Source: Thecamonas trahens ATCC 50062
Taxonomy: Eukaryota > Protista > Apusomonadida
Reading direction: 5' to 3'
Length of the DNA: 64,000 nt
Assembly: GCF_000142905.1 (NCBI RefSeq)
Contig: NW_013657678.1
Coordinates: 558,001 to 622,000, forward strand
The notes under the pieces were generated by a model that saw only the letters and a program-made list of their open reading frames with translations, ran no database searches and was not told the origin of the DNA. A program made the position numbers and the translations under genes. Each line of letters opens with the position of its first letter. The stretch's first letter is position 1. Below, piece after piece: positions 43,829-53,880 of the stretch.

Positions 43829-44549
43829 ATGAGCGAAGCACAAAGTCAGACAGTGGAGCATGAGGGCGTCCAGGTCACCGCAGTCTCACAGGGTCTGATG
43901 AAAGCTGTACGTGCCGTGAGTGATGGGGTGGGGGGGGGGGGGAGGGTCTTTGCTGAACATGATCATGTCCATGACCATGATCATGATCATGATCGCGATC
44001 GCTCTGCACCGGCGACAGACTTATGACGCATGGCATGGGGTACAGCAAGGACCTGACGGCGAGTTCAAGGTCAGCGGATACCACGAGTTCAAGGTGATCA
44101 TGATCGCGATCGCTCTGCACCGGCGACAGACTTATGACGCATGGCATGGGGTACAGCAAGGACCTGACGGCGAGTTCAAGGTCAGCGGATACCACGAGTT
44201 CAAGGTGACTGGGGTGAACACGACGACGACGACCAAGACGCTCAACGCGGCACTTGTGCTGACATCTGAGGCAGCTGCGGCGGCCGAGGCCGAGGCCAGC
44301 AATGAGGCCGGGGCGAGCGAGGGCGGCGACGGCGGCGACGGCAAGAGCGAGGAAGCCGAGGCGAGCGGCAAGGGCAAGGGCAAGAGCGGGAGTGCGGGCA
44401 AGAGCGAGCCGGGCGAGGTCGGGCGTGCAGCAGTTTACATGGAGATCGAGTCGGGCAGGGAGGTCGTGCTCACCATTGTGGTGGAGACCAAGAACCAGGA
44501 GCCGTTCGATGCATTCCAGATTGCAGTCGAGGCCGTGTATGAGTTCTAG
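43829..44549 (+). CDS. Small hypothetical protein; predicted intron 43907-44018
   Basis: ATG 43829, GTACGT donor at 43907, CAG acceptor at 44018, in frame with ORF 43920-44549. Confidence 0.45.
43984..44208. repeat. 111-bp exact tandem duplication
   Basis: TGATCATGATCGCGATCGCTCTGCACC...TTCAAGG begins at both 43984 and 44095. Confidence 0.92.
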
Positions 44550-44609
44550 GGTACGAACAAGGTGCAAGGAGGTGGCAAGCAGGAGATAAAGGAGGCGTGG
44601 CAGGCGTGC

Positions 44610-45962
44610 TCAGCTGGTGAACGAAAGCAGAGCCTCGAGCGCCTGGCGGTCGGCGGCCGAGGAGGAAGCAGCAGTGGCGGCAGCCGGTGCACAGCGCTTG
44701 CGCTTGCGCGACGACTTGGGTGATGCTGTTGTCTTGGCCTGCTTGGCTTGCTTGGCCTTCTCGGCCTGCTTGGCCTGCTTGGCAGGTGGGAACGGGCGGG
44801 CGGGCGGCAGAGCAGACGCCGGTACAGGCGCTGATTGAAGCGGCGACGGTGCCGGCATGGTGTGCGGCGGGGCAAGCAGCGGAAACGCGTGCTGACCTTG
44901 ATAGACAGGAGGAGCAACAGCGCTCTGGGCCTGCATAGCCATCATTGAGTTCGACGAGGAGGGCGTGCCCATAGACATCATGCCCATGGCCTGCGACGAA
45001 GAAATGTACGAGCCAAACTGCGACGAGAGCATCTGCTGCGCGTGCATCGGGTTGCCAAACGGCGATGGCGACGACGTGGGATAGAGCGGCTGCTGCATGG
45101 TTCCCATGCCCATCGACATGCCGAGTGACGAACCACCCAAGCCCATCATGTACAGCTGCTGCGCCTGCTGCTGCGCCTGCTGCTGTGCCTGCTGCTGCTG
45201 GCGGATCCACTCGGCCTCCTTCAGCCGCTGCAGCATGAGCTGTTGCTGCTGCAGCTGCTGCTGCTGAAGAATGAGCAGCTGCTGCGCCTGCTGCGCCTGA
45301 GCATGGGCTGCGGCCTGCGCCTGCATCTGCGCAAGCTTGGCCTGTTGGGCCAGCTGCTGCGCCTGTGTCGGATGGATCGGCACCGTCGGGTTAATGTGGC
45401 CTGCGGCGGCAGCGGCAGCAGCAACGGCGGCCGGGAAGAGGGCGGCGGCTTCGTTAGGCGTCGGCACGTTGCCACTCTCGCCAGCCGTAACGCCGACCGC
45501 GACCGGGGCGGTCGGCGGAGTGTGCGACCGGTTGCGGACCGAGCCGCCGGAGGACTCGCGGACAACAGCAGCGGCGGCGGCAAGACCAGCATCCGCCACA
45601 CGCGCGCTGGTTGCCTTGAGAGCATGGTGTTGTGCCCTGTTGATGAGTTCTGAGAACGGCATGAGGTTCCACTTCTTTTGCCGCTTGGCCGGCGGCTCGT
45701 CCGGATCGGATCCCGACGCATCTGACAACGATTGCGAGATAGATCCAGGCGATCTTGCACCAAGTTGCGAGTCTTGGGGAGCAAGCGTAGTGGCTTGGCC
45801 CGAGCCTGAATGCAAGGCAGCCTTGGACATCATGGCTGCGTTCGGCCGTGGCAGCGGCGGAGCGAGGAGCTCGCTGTTGGCCCGCAATTTGCCGGTCTTC
45901 ATCACATTCGCCAACGAGTTGGCAGCAAACGTAGAAAAGTCAAACTTGTCAACAACGTCCAT
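44610..45962 (-). CDS. Gln/Ala/Met-rich putative nuclear regulatory protein
   Basis: PolyQ/A tracts; NLS-like PPAKRQKK and RKRKR; C-terminal ALEALLSF. The 5' end abuts a gap. Confidence 0.6.
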   Translation of the reverse strand: MDVVDKFDFSTFAANSLANVMKTGKLRANSELLAPPLPRPNAAMMSKAALHSGSGQATTLAPQDSQLGARSPGSISQSLSDASGSDPDEPPAKRQKKWNLMPFSELINRAQHHALKATSARVADAGLAAAAAVVRESSGGSVRNRSHTPPTAPVAVGVTAGESGNVPTPNEAAALFPAAVAAAAAAAGHINPTVPIHPTQAQQLAQQAKLAQMQAQAAAHAQAQQAQQLLILQQQQLQQQQLMLQRLKEAEWIRQQQQAQQQAQQQAQQLYMMGLGGSSLGMSMGMGTMQQPLYPTSSPSPFGNPMHAQQMLSSQFGSYISSSQAMGMMSMGTPSSSNSMMAMQAQSAVAPPVYQGQHAFPLLAPPHTMPAPSPLQSAPVPASALPPARPFPPAKQAKQAEKAKQAKQAKTTASPKSSRKRKRCAPAAATAASSSAADRQALEALLSFTS

Positions 45963-46012
45963 GACAACAACAATTTGACCGGCTGACAATAGGGCGGGGG
46001 GGGGGGGGGGGG

Positions 46013-46111
46013 NNNNNNNNNNNNNNNNNNNNNNNNNNNNNNNNNNNNNNNNNNNNNNNNNNNNNNNNNNNNNNNNNNNNNNNNNNNNNNNNNNNNNNNN
46101 NNNNNNNNNNN
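46013..46111. other. Assembly gap (N run)
   Basis: Run of N. Confidence 1.
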
Positions 46112-46777
46112 NGGGGGAGGGGGGATTGCTGTTTCCGTCGAGTAAGATGAGTATGAGAGCTATGCTCTGTTGACGGTGGTGGTGCGGAGCGGGGCAGGAG
46201 GTGCGGGAAAAAGGGGCGACGGTGGAGCCAATTGAGATCGAACAAAAATGGCTGAACCATCTATTGACTCGAGATGAACGAACGTTTGCCGCAACAGGCA
46301 AGTGCGGGATAGTGGCAGATACGAAAACACCCTAAGAATACAAAATATGCAACGCGCCGAGTCAAATGAAATGGCAATTGGCAGATTTCCGCACTACGAG
46401 GGGGGAAGAACTTGGCCAGGCCATGGGGATGGCCTTGCACCAGGAATATGTTTCCTACATGTACATCATGAAATGGAAAGCAAGAGTATATACCACAGCG
46501 GGTAGAAAGTCGCGTAGGGCGCTTCAATTTCGGGTGCATAGGCTGGTCGGGGGGCAATGAGCTTGTGCGTACCTCTGCGGCTTGCGGTCAAACGGGAGAC
46601 AGATGCGGACTTGGATGACGACGATTAAATCCCCGCACACGCGCCAATTTGATTACGTCAGTAATGGGTGTCCGTTTGGTCATTTATGGCCGCAGACGGG
46701 ACAGTGCCAAATGACCTGGGGATTCCCTGCATCCGGTCAAGTCTCTTGATCTGGCAGGTAAGGGAGGAAGGTTGTCG

Positions 46778-47516
46778 TCATGCCCACCGCGATGCGAGCG
46801 GTGCCAGCGCCGCTGGCCGCATCGGGGCGGCGCGGTGTGGGCTGCCTCGGCCGTAGACCGAGCCGCGCAGCCGCGGTGAGGCTTCGGCTGGCTTACGAGA
46901 GGCGGCGATGCGCTTTTGCGAGTAAGGCGAGACGTAGGCACCACCGCGGCCGTTGCTGCGGAGCGGGTCCAGTCGGCGAGCCGGCGAGGGTGAGGCATAG
47001 GCCGAGAGGTTGCCGCGGCCAAGGCCACGGTTAGGAGCGGTGCGCCCACGCCCACGCCCACGCCCGCGTCCGCGTCCGCGTCCGCGTCCACGCCCGCGTC
47101 CGCGTCCACGCCCTCGTCCGCGTCCGCGTCCGAGGCCCGACGTGTTGACCACCGCGGGTGACGGCGCGTGTCCACCAATGGCGAGCCGTGTGCCCTGCGA
47201 GACGAACGAGGGCGGGGCGCGCGGAGGCGAGGCAGTATGCCCGCTGGCACCGGTGGTGGCAGACGGGCCAGCAATCGACGGGAGGCTCGGCGCCGCGCTG
47301 GGGTGCTGCGGCGCGCCGTGGGCGTGGAGCGCATGCGGCGAGATGGAGGAGGCCACAAGCGGGGGCGGGCCGGCAGCCGGACCCATGAGCTTGGCCTGTG
47401 CCACTTGTGAAGCACGGAGGGCGGAGGCATGGGCGGAGGCTGCGGCTGGACCGCCGAGCAGCTGGCCCTGGGCCATGTTCTGGCGGGCGAGCCCGTTGGC
47501 GAGGAGAGGCGACGTC

Positions 47517-47551
<35 letters not shown>

Positions 47552-48580
47552 CTTGAGGTGAGCTTGGATGAGCTGCATCGGCTGAGGGCCGGGAAGGCCC
47601 GGATGCGGGGCGAGCGAAGCGTGGTTGATGGCAAACGGCGCCGGGGCTGGGCCCTTGGACGGCTTGGGTGGGCCCTTGGCAGCTTTGCGTTGCTGGTCGG
47701 CGCTGTAGAGCTCTTTGAAGAACGGGTGGCGGAGAGCCTCGCGGGCGGTGTAGCGAGCCTCCGGGTCGTAGGCGAGGAGCTTTGCGAGCAAGTCGACGCA
47801 TTCCTTGGACTGTTTCGTGAGCAGAGAAGCAAGCCCGGTGCCTTTCTGGGGCGGAAAGTCGAACGAGATGTGGCCGGACGAGTGGCGCTTGAAGCCCTCG
47901 AGGACGGCCTTGGGCGGAGTGCCGAGGATTTTGTGGATCTTGTTGATCTGGTCGAGCTCGTCCTTGCCTGGGAACAGCGGGTAGCGGGTCATGATCTCAA
48001 AGAACACGCAGCCGACGCCCCAGATGTCCATCTTGTAGTTGTAGTAGCCGTCGGTGAGGAGGCACTCTGGCGCCCGATACCAGCGAGTGGAGATGTACTC
48101 GGTGTACGGCTGTTTGGAGTAGATGCCGCGGCAGGAGCCAAAGTCGGCGAGCTTGAGCTTGGTCTCGTCGCGGATGAGGATGTTCTCGGGCTTGATGTCG
48201 CGGTGAAAAATACCGTTGCGGTGCATGTGATCCATGCTCTTCATCAGCTGATACATGTACGACTTGACGCGATGATCTGGCAAGTTTGTCCTCCGCCCTC
48301 GGATGAGCTCGTACAAGTTCATGTCGAGGAGTTCAAAGACGAGGGCGAGGCGGCCCGTCTGCCGATCGTACAGCACCTCTTGCAGCTTGACAATGTTTGC
48401 ATTCGGCGAGAGGCGGCGAAGAGCTTGGATCTCTCGGAGATTATTGACTTGATCAATGGAATCAAACGAGGTCTTCATTCGCTTGATAGCCACATACTTG
48501 CCCGTCTTGACAACCTGTGCCTTGACCACCTCGGAGAAGGTACCCTCACCCTTCTTGCCCAAGAACTTGTACTTGTGCAT
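46778..48580 (-). CDS. MOK: MAPK/MAK/MRK overlapping kinase (MOK/RAGE, LF4-like)
   Basis: KKGEGTFSEV, VNNLREIQALRRL, HRDIKPEN, DFGSC, PYTEYISTRWYRAPECLLTDGYY; low-complexity tail with (GR)n. Confidence 0.94.
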
Positions 48581-49248
48581 AACTACCAATCCTCCCTCCT
48601 GTACCAGCTCAACTACCCCCTCCCCTCCACACTCTCTCTCACTCTCTCACACACAAACGAGACGAGCGATACTACCGCTTTCCCCTCTCTCCCCTCCCGC
48701 TGCCTCCAGCCCCCGCCCCGCCCTCCCCATTCGCCTGCTAATGAACTGACCGTTGAACTGTGCTGGAACTCCCCCCGCCCCGCCCCGCCACCCTCTCCAC
48801 CACCACCACCACCACCAACGATTAATTGTTGGTGATGATAAATATGGAATGGCAAACGGGGGAGGAAAGGATTGGAAAATATTGTTGTTGCCGGTTTGGC
48901 GCCCACAACCATTTCCATCACTGCAGCAGAATCTTGATGCGTGTGAACATGAACCTGCGACAGAAGATCATGTACATGTGTGGTTGATCATGCCAATCGA
49001 TGTGATGCTGTGGGCATGGAAGGCTGGCGTAGGTACATTGTGCGGATCTCTTGATACCCCTCGAGCCAGTCTGGGGATGGCATGCGAGGAAAGGCCATTT
49101 GTTCGCCAGCTGGCAAACGATTCAGGCGCAGCCGAGCGAGGGCGAGCGAGGGCGAGCGGGCGAGCTCTGCACCGAGAGCCACCCACATACCTGAACCATA
49201 CCTTGAGACCAAACCTCGCCAGCAGCAGCCACTGCTCTGACCAAGGCT

Positions 49249-49341
49249 ATGCTCCCTGCACTTCGTAGGGTGGTATGGACCCAGGTGCTGGGGCATTGGC
49301 GAGGAGGGCCAGTATGGCGTCGTGTACGGTCGGCGATGACG

Positions 49342-49403
<62 letters not shown>

Positions 49404-50688
49404 GACGACGACGACGACGATGAGGAGGGGGAGAAGGACGAGGTTGTTGGGCAAGTACCCATCACCGTTGTCACCATATGGAGAGGTCGGCAGGAGCATG
49501 GTGGGCATGGGTGTAGGCATGGGTAGTATTCGGTGGTCAACAACTGCGACCATTGAAACGCTCTCAAGTCCATTGACTCTCGACGATATGCCCGGCGTTG
49601 GCGGCCGTGGCTATCTCCCGCATGACGTGCAGGATGGCGATCAGCTGCGTGTTCTGTTTGTGGTCAAGCGGCATGATGCCGGTACGGCTGCCTTTGCTGC
49701 ATCGGTCATCGACTGGCTCCACTCCTCGGCCTCGCCCCCGGTCCAGTGCTTCATTGAGCCGACCGCAGCAGGCCCCACCGGCGAGCCGGTCCTCGTCCGC
49801 CGAGCGCCGTCTGTAGCCACGCTTGGCCGTCGCGGCTGGCAAACGAACATCGATCTGGTTGTGGTGTGTGGCGGCGATGGCACGCTCCTCCATGCCCAGA
49901 CCCTGTTCCAGGGCCCAGCTCCGCCGTTGGCCGCCTTTTCGTGCGGCTCGCTCGGCTTCCTCATGCCGTTCAAGCCGCCCGAGGCGCGAGTCGTCCTCGA
50001 GGCTATCCTCTCGGGCTCGCTTGGTGTCCTTCGGCGCTCACGGCTCGAGTATGCCATCGAGCACGTGCTAGACGTCGGCGACGGCGAGGCGCCAGTCTCG
50101 ACCCAGGTCGCCCCGGCCATGCAGATCCTCAACGAGGTGGTCATCAAGCGACCGCACGACTTTCTAGGCGGTGTCACCGAAATCGCCTGCGGCATCGACG
50201 GCAACGAGCTGGCTCGTTTCCAGGGCGACGGCCTCATCGTGGCCACCCCTACTGGCTCGACCGCGTACTCGATGGCTACCGGCGGCTCGATCGTTCACCC
50301 CTCCATCGACTGCATCCTTGTCTCGCCGCTCTGCTCCATGACCCTCTCCTCTCGCCCGATCATACTCCCGGGCTCCGCCACTGTCACTCTCTCGCCGCTC
50401 AAGTCAGCTGCCTTTCTCGAAGGTCGTTGGGGTCAGCGGCTTGAGCCGCGCGACGTCGTCGTCATCACCCGCTCGCCCTACCCGCTCTACACCTACCTCC
50501 GCTCCGGCATCACCAACAACTGGGTAGCAGACCTCTCTGAGAACCTCATGTACGAACGCCAGGTCCGAGTCCACGCCCGCTACTCGCCCACCGACCCAGC
50601 AGTTTTTGCCTCGCAGTTTGAGACACCACCGCGGACTCGCAAGGTCACTGCCTCACTCTCGCCGCCCGCGGTCAAGCCGGAGAGCTAG
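49249..50688 (+). CDS. NAD(H) kinase, probably mitochondrial
   Basis: GGDGT, GSLGF, LNEVV, GDGLIVATPTGSTAYS, LSSRPIILP; Arg-rich N-terminus. Confidence 0.92.
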
Positions 50689-51389
50689 TCAGTAGCCGCC
50701 GGTTGCGTCCTCTCGTCGGCCTCGTCCGGCCTACCGCGCATCACCACCGACGTCCGCGACATCGTTGCTGCCCGCTTCAGCCCACCCCTGTCCGGCGAGC
50801 CGGTTTCAAGTGTCGGCTCCGAGCCGAGCTGGACAAGCTTGGCGTCCGGCTCGGCAAACCGCACGCTGGTCGAGCCGGCGGCGATCTTGTGTCGGGCGCG
50901 CACAAACCGCCGCTCCTCGGCCACTCGCAGCGCGTCCTTGATCCCGTACAGGTTCTTCTCGTCCGCAATGCCGTAGGGGGTGAGGCCCTCGAACGAGACG
51001 GCACGCACGTCTGCTCCGTACTCGAGAAGCAGCTCGACCATCGAGAGCGAGCCACCAGACGTCGCCACGTGCAGCGGCTGCGAGCCGCCTTGATCTGCTA
51101 CGTTTGGGCTCGCGCCATGGACAAGCAGCCGTCGCGCCGCGTCGAGGTGGCCCTGGTACGCCGCGTTGAACAGCGCAGTCTGTCCGTACTTGTCGCGCTT
51201 CTCCAGATCCACGTCTGTCCGCATCAGCAAGTGGTCCATCAGCTCCAGGTGATTGAACCGTGCTGCCAGAATGAGCGCCGTGTCGCCGTCGTCGTCGTTG
51301 TCGTTGACAGACACCCCCTTGTTCTCAATGAGCCACCGGACCGAGTCGACATCGCCGACTTTGGCCGCCTGCGCAATCGAGCTGAACAT
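50685..51389 (-). CDS. Ankyrin-repeat protein
   Basis: GDTALILAA, GQTALFNAA, GSQPLHVAT, GLTPY repeats. Confidence 0.88.
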   Translation of the reverse strand: MFSSIAQAAKVGDVDSVRWLIENKGVSVNDNDDDGDTALILAARFNHLELMDHLLMRTDVDLEKRDKYGQTALFNAAYQGHLDAARRLLVHGASPNVADQGGSQPLHVATSGGSLSMVELLLEYGADVRAVSFEGLTPYGIADEKNLYGIKDALRVAEERRFVRARHKIAAGSTSVRFAEPDAKLVQLGSEPTLETGSPDRGGLKRAATMSRTSVVMRGRPDEADERTQPAATD

Positions 51390-51426
51390 GCCGTCGTCGC
51401 TGCCGTCGCTCGGGTGAGATCCCACT

Positions 51427-52449
51427 CTACGCTGCCGGCATCCGCCTGTCATGTCCCAGCCCGAGCGCCCTTGCACCGCCGAGCTGGTGGCCATATACCA
51501 GGGCGTGGAGAGCGGTCGGGAGCAGCGCAGAGACGTTGGCCATCGCCGCGTCGAGCTCGCGCGCCTTGGCCCGCCGCGCCGTCGCAAGCCGCCGTTGCAC
51601 GATAAACTGCTCCTCGATCCCGATCCGCTCCGACTCGGCTTTGGCCACAGCTATGCGCTGCGCTTCTCGGGCTGCCGCTGCGGCCTTTCGCTTTGCTCGC
51701 CGCTGCACCCGCTCGGCCTGCGAGACGAGCGCGGCCTCCCGGGCCCGGATTGCTGACGCTACCCGCGCCTCCTCGTCCTCCATTGTCTCCTCTGTCTCGC
51801 CCTCGCCCACAACCATGGCCTGCGTCTCGCGCGGCGCCGTGACAAACGTCGCTCGTCTGGCCCGTGGCCCGCGCCCACCGCGCCCACGCCCGCGCCCACG
51901 CCCGCGCCCACGCCCGCGCCCACGCGCCGGCTTGTGATGCCTTGATCTCGGCTTGCGACGCGAGCTGGGCGGCGTAGGTGGTGGCTTGGGTACAGCCGCC
52001 AGCCGTGGTAGCCGCCGTCCTCCATCTGCTCCGCTCGCCCCACCAATCCGATAAATCCGTCGCCCGATGACCACCGCCGCGGGTGTTCGCATCGCCCTCC
52101 TGTTGGTCATCAGCGCCTCCGACGGGCGGACAGGAAGTTCCGGAGGTGCTGCAAACCTCCGCCGCTTCTCTCTCATGCCACTACTTGCCCTCATCCTCTT
52201 CGCCAGCTCATATCGCTTCGTCCGTCCTCCACTCTGGCCGCATCCATCTTCCGCCAAATCCGCCGCCTCGTCCGCCGCCTGTGCCCCGTCGCTTCCGCTG
52301 TCCTCGCCCGAGCCAAGCACGAACTCGAGCTCCTCGTCTCGAGCTCCAGCACGACTCCCTCGGCTTCTCTTCCCTGCCGTCATGCAGTCCAACCGAGGTA
52401 GTGGCACTGTCATGAACGCAGGTCGCGGTATGAGCTCCTCGCCGCGCAT
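51427..52449 (-). CDS. Hypothetical basic protein with RG repeats and a short coiled coil
   Basis: 340-aa ORF from ATG; no family recognised. Confidence 0.4.
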   Translation of the reverse strand: MRGEELIPRPAFMTVPLPRLDCMTAGKRSRGSRAGARDEELEFVLGSGEDSGSDGAQAADEAADLAEDGCGQSGGRTKRYELAKRMRASSGMREKRRRFAAPPELPVRPSEALMTNRRAMRTPAAVVIGRRIYRIGGASGADGGRRLPRLAAVPKPPPTPPSSRRKPRSRHHKPARGRGRGRGRGRGRGRGGRGPRARRATFVTAPRETQAMVVGEGETEETMEDEEARVASAIRAREAALVSQAERVQRRAKRKAAAAAREAQRIAVAKAESERIGIEEQFIVQRRLATARRAKARELDAAMANVSALLPTALHALVYGHQLGGARALGLGHDRRMPAA

Positions 52450-52961
52450 GGTGATGGCTGCTCGTGCGAGGAGTGGCCGTTCCCCGGGGCGCCGTCGTCT
52501 GCAGTCGAGCAGATCATTTGGAATCGAGGAAGAAAGGCTACAGTGGATGCAGGATCGGTGAAGATGGTGAAGATGGGGGATGCGTCGAGGGGTGGGGAGG
52601 TGGGCTCAGGTGGGGGGAGGGGAGAGAGAGCATGACAAGTTTGGCAGAGTAAAAATACTTTGATCAGTGATCGGCATGCCACGTGGGGGAGTGCACAGCA
52701 TGTAGGAACTTGCCGTGCGTGATGTAGCAAACACACACAATGGTGCCTTCAAGGAAGACTCAAACCAGTAGCAGCAGTCATAGTGTCTGATGAACGTAAT
52801 TTGTCTCCCATCCCTTCCCTCCTGCCCGTCCATCGCTCGCCTATCCTACGCCGATCCGAGAAAAGGGCGTGCCGCTCGTGCCAGGCGGCCGACTTTGCAT
52901 GAGATGGCTCTGCTGGCGAGCGCCTTTCCGGGACGAGAGCGACGACGTACACCGCTCTTGA

Positions 52962-53876
52962 ATGATGCAGAGGGGAGGGCGTATAGGGTGCGCGGTTATG
53001 GTGGCTGCGGCTCTGGCAGCTGTGACACTCCTGGCGGTGGTGGCGGCGGCGGCAGCGGTCGTGTCGGACGAGGCACCTGCCCTCTCGCGAGACGAGCTGG
53101 CGGCAACGGCGTGCAGCCTTCGGCGATTTTCGGCGCATGCAGTGGCGAACGACAAGAGTGTGCGCGAGGAGCTGTATGACGAGATCGACGGCGGACGACC
53201 GGTGGTTGTGACCGGACATACCTTTGATGAGCAGTTCTGGTCGATCGAGCATCTGGGGGAGGTCTTTCCGGGCTTGTACGACGTCAGCGACGACGTCAAC
53301 GTGGCCGAGGATGAGGCCATGCGGGCGCAGTTGCGCGAGCACTACGACGTGCCCGAGTGGCTTAATCGTGATGGCTTGGTGCCGACGTTCGGATCGGACT
53401 ATGTGTTTGTGGGACGGCTCATGGACGTCAACGACCGGCACATCGACTCGGGATGCGCCGTCTCGTTCTCGTTCCAGCTGGCCGGCGTCAAGCTGTGGGA
53501 TCTGGACAACCCTGGCAACCGTAGCGCGGGCGCCGACGACTTTGATAGCTGCGTCCTCCACCCGGGCGATGTGCTTGTCTTTTATCCAGGCTGGTACCAC
53601 GAGACGACCGTGCTCTCGGACGAACCCTCGCTCGCCATCTCGCTCTACTTTTCGTCGCCGGCCTGGAGTCTCAACCGGTACTACGCGGCTTATGCCGACC
53701 ATCTCTTGGCCATCCCCGAGTACTGTTCATGCTACAAGACGATGCTCCCGGAAACTGTCGACGATGCGGAGCTTGCCGCTGGCTACAAGGCCTCATGTGA
53801 CTACATCCGCTCGCAAAAGTCGTTTATGGATGACGACGTGGTGCTGGATGGCAACTGTCCCGAGGGCTTTGCTTGA
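52962..53876 (+). CDS. Secreted/ER JmjC (cupin) oxygenase, paralog 2
   Basis: Signal peptide; HIDSGC..AGVKLW..CVLHPGDVLVFYPGWYHET. Confidence 0.8.
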   Translation: MMQRGGRIGCAVMVAAALAAVTLLAVVAAAAAVVSDEAPALSRDELAATACSLRRFSAHAVANDKSVREELYDEIDGGRPVVVTGHTFDEQFWSIEHLGEVFPGLYDVSDDVNVAEDEAMRAQLREHYDVPEWLNRDGLVPTFGSDYVFVGRLMDVNDRHIDSGCAVSFSFQLAGVKLWDLDNPGNRSAGADDFDSCVLHPGDVLVFYPGWYHETTVLSDEPSLAISLYFSSPAWSLNRYYAAYADHLLAIPEYCSCYKTMLPETVDDAELAAGYKASCDYIRSQKSFMDDDVVLDGNCPEGFA

Positions 53877-53880
53877 TGGT

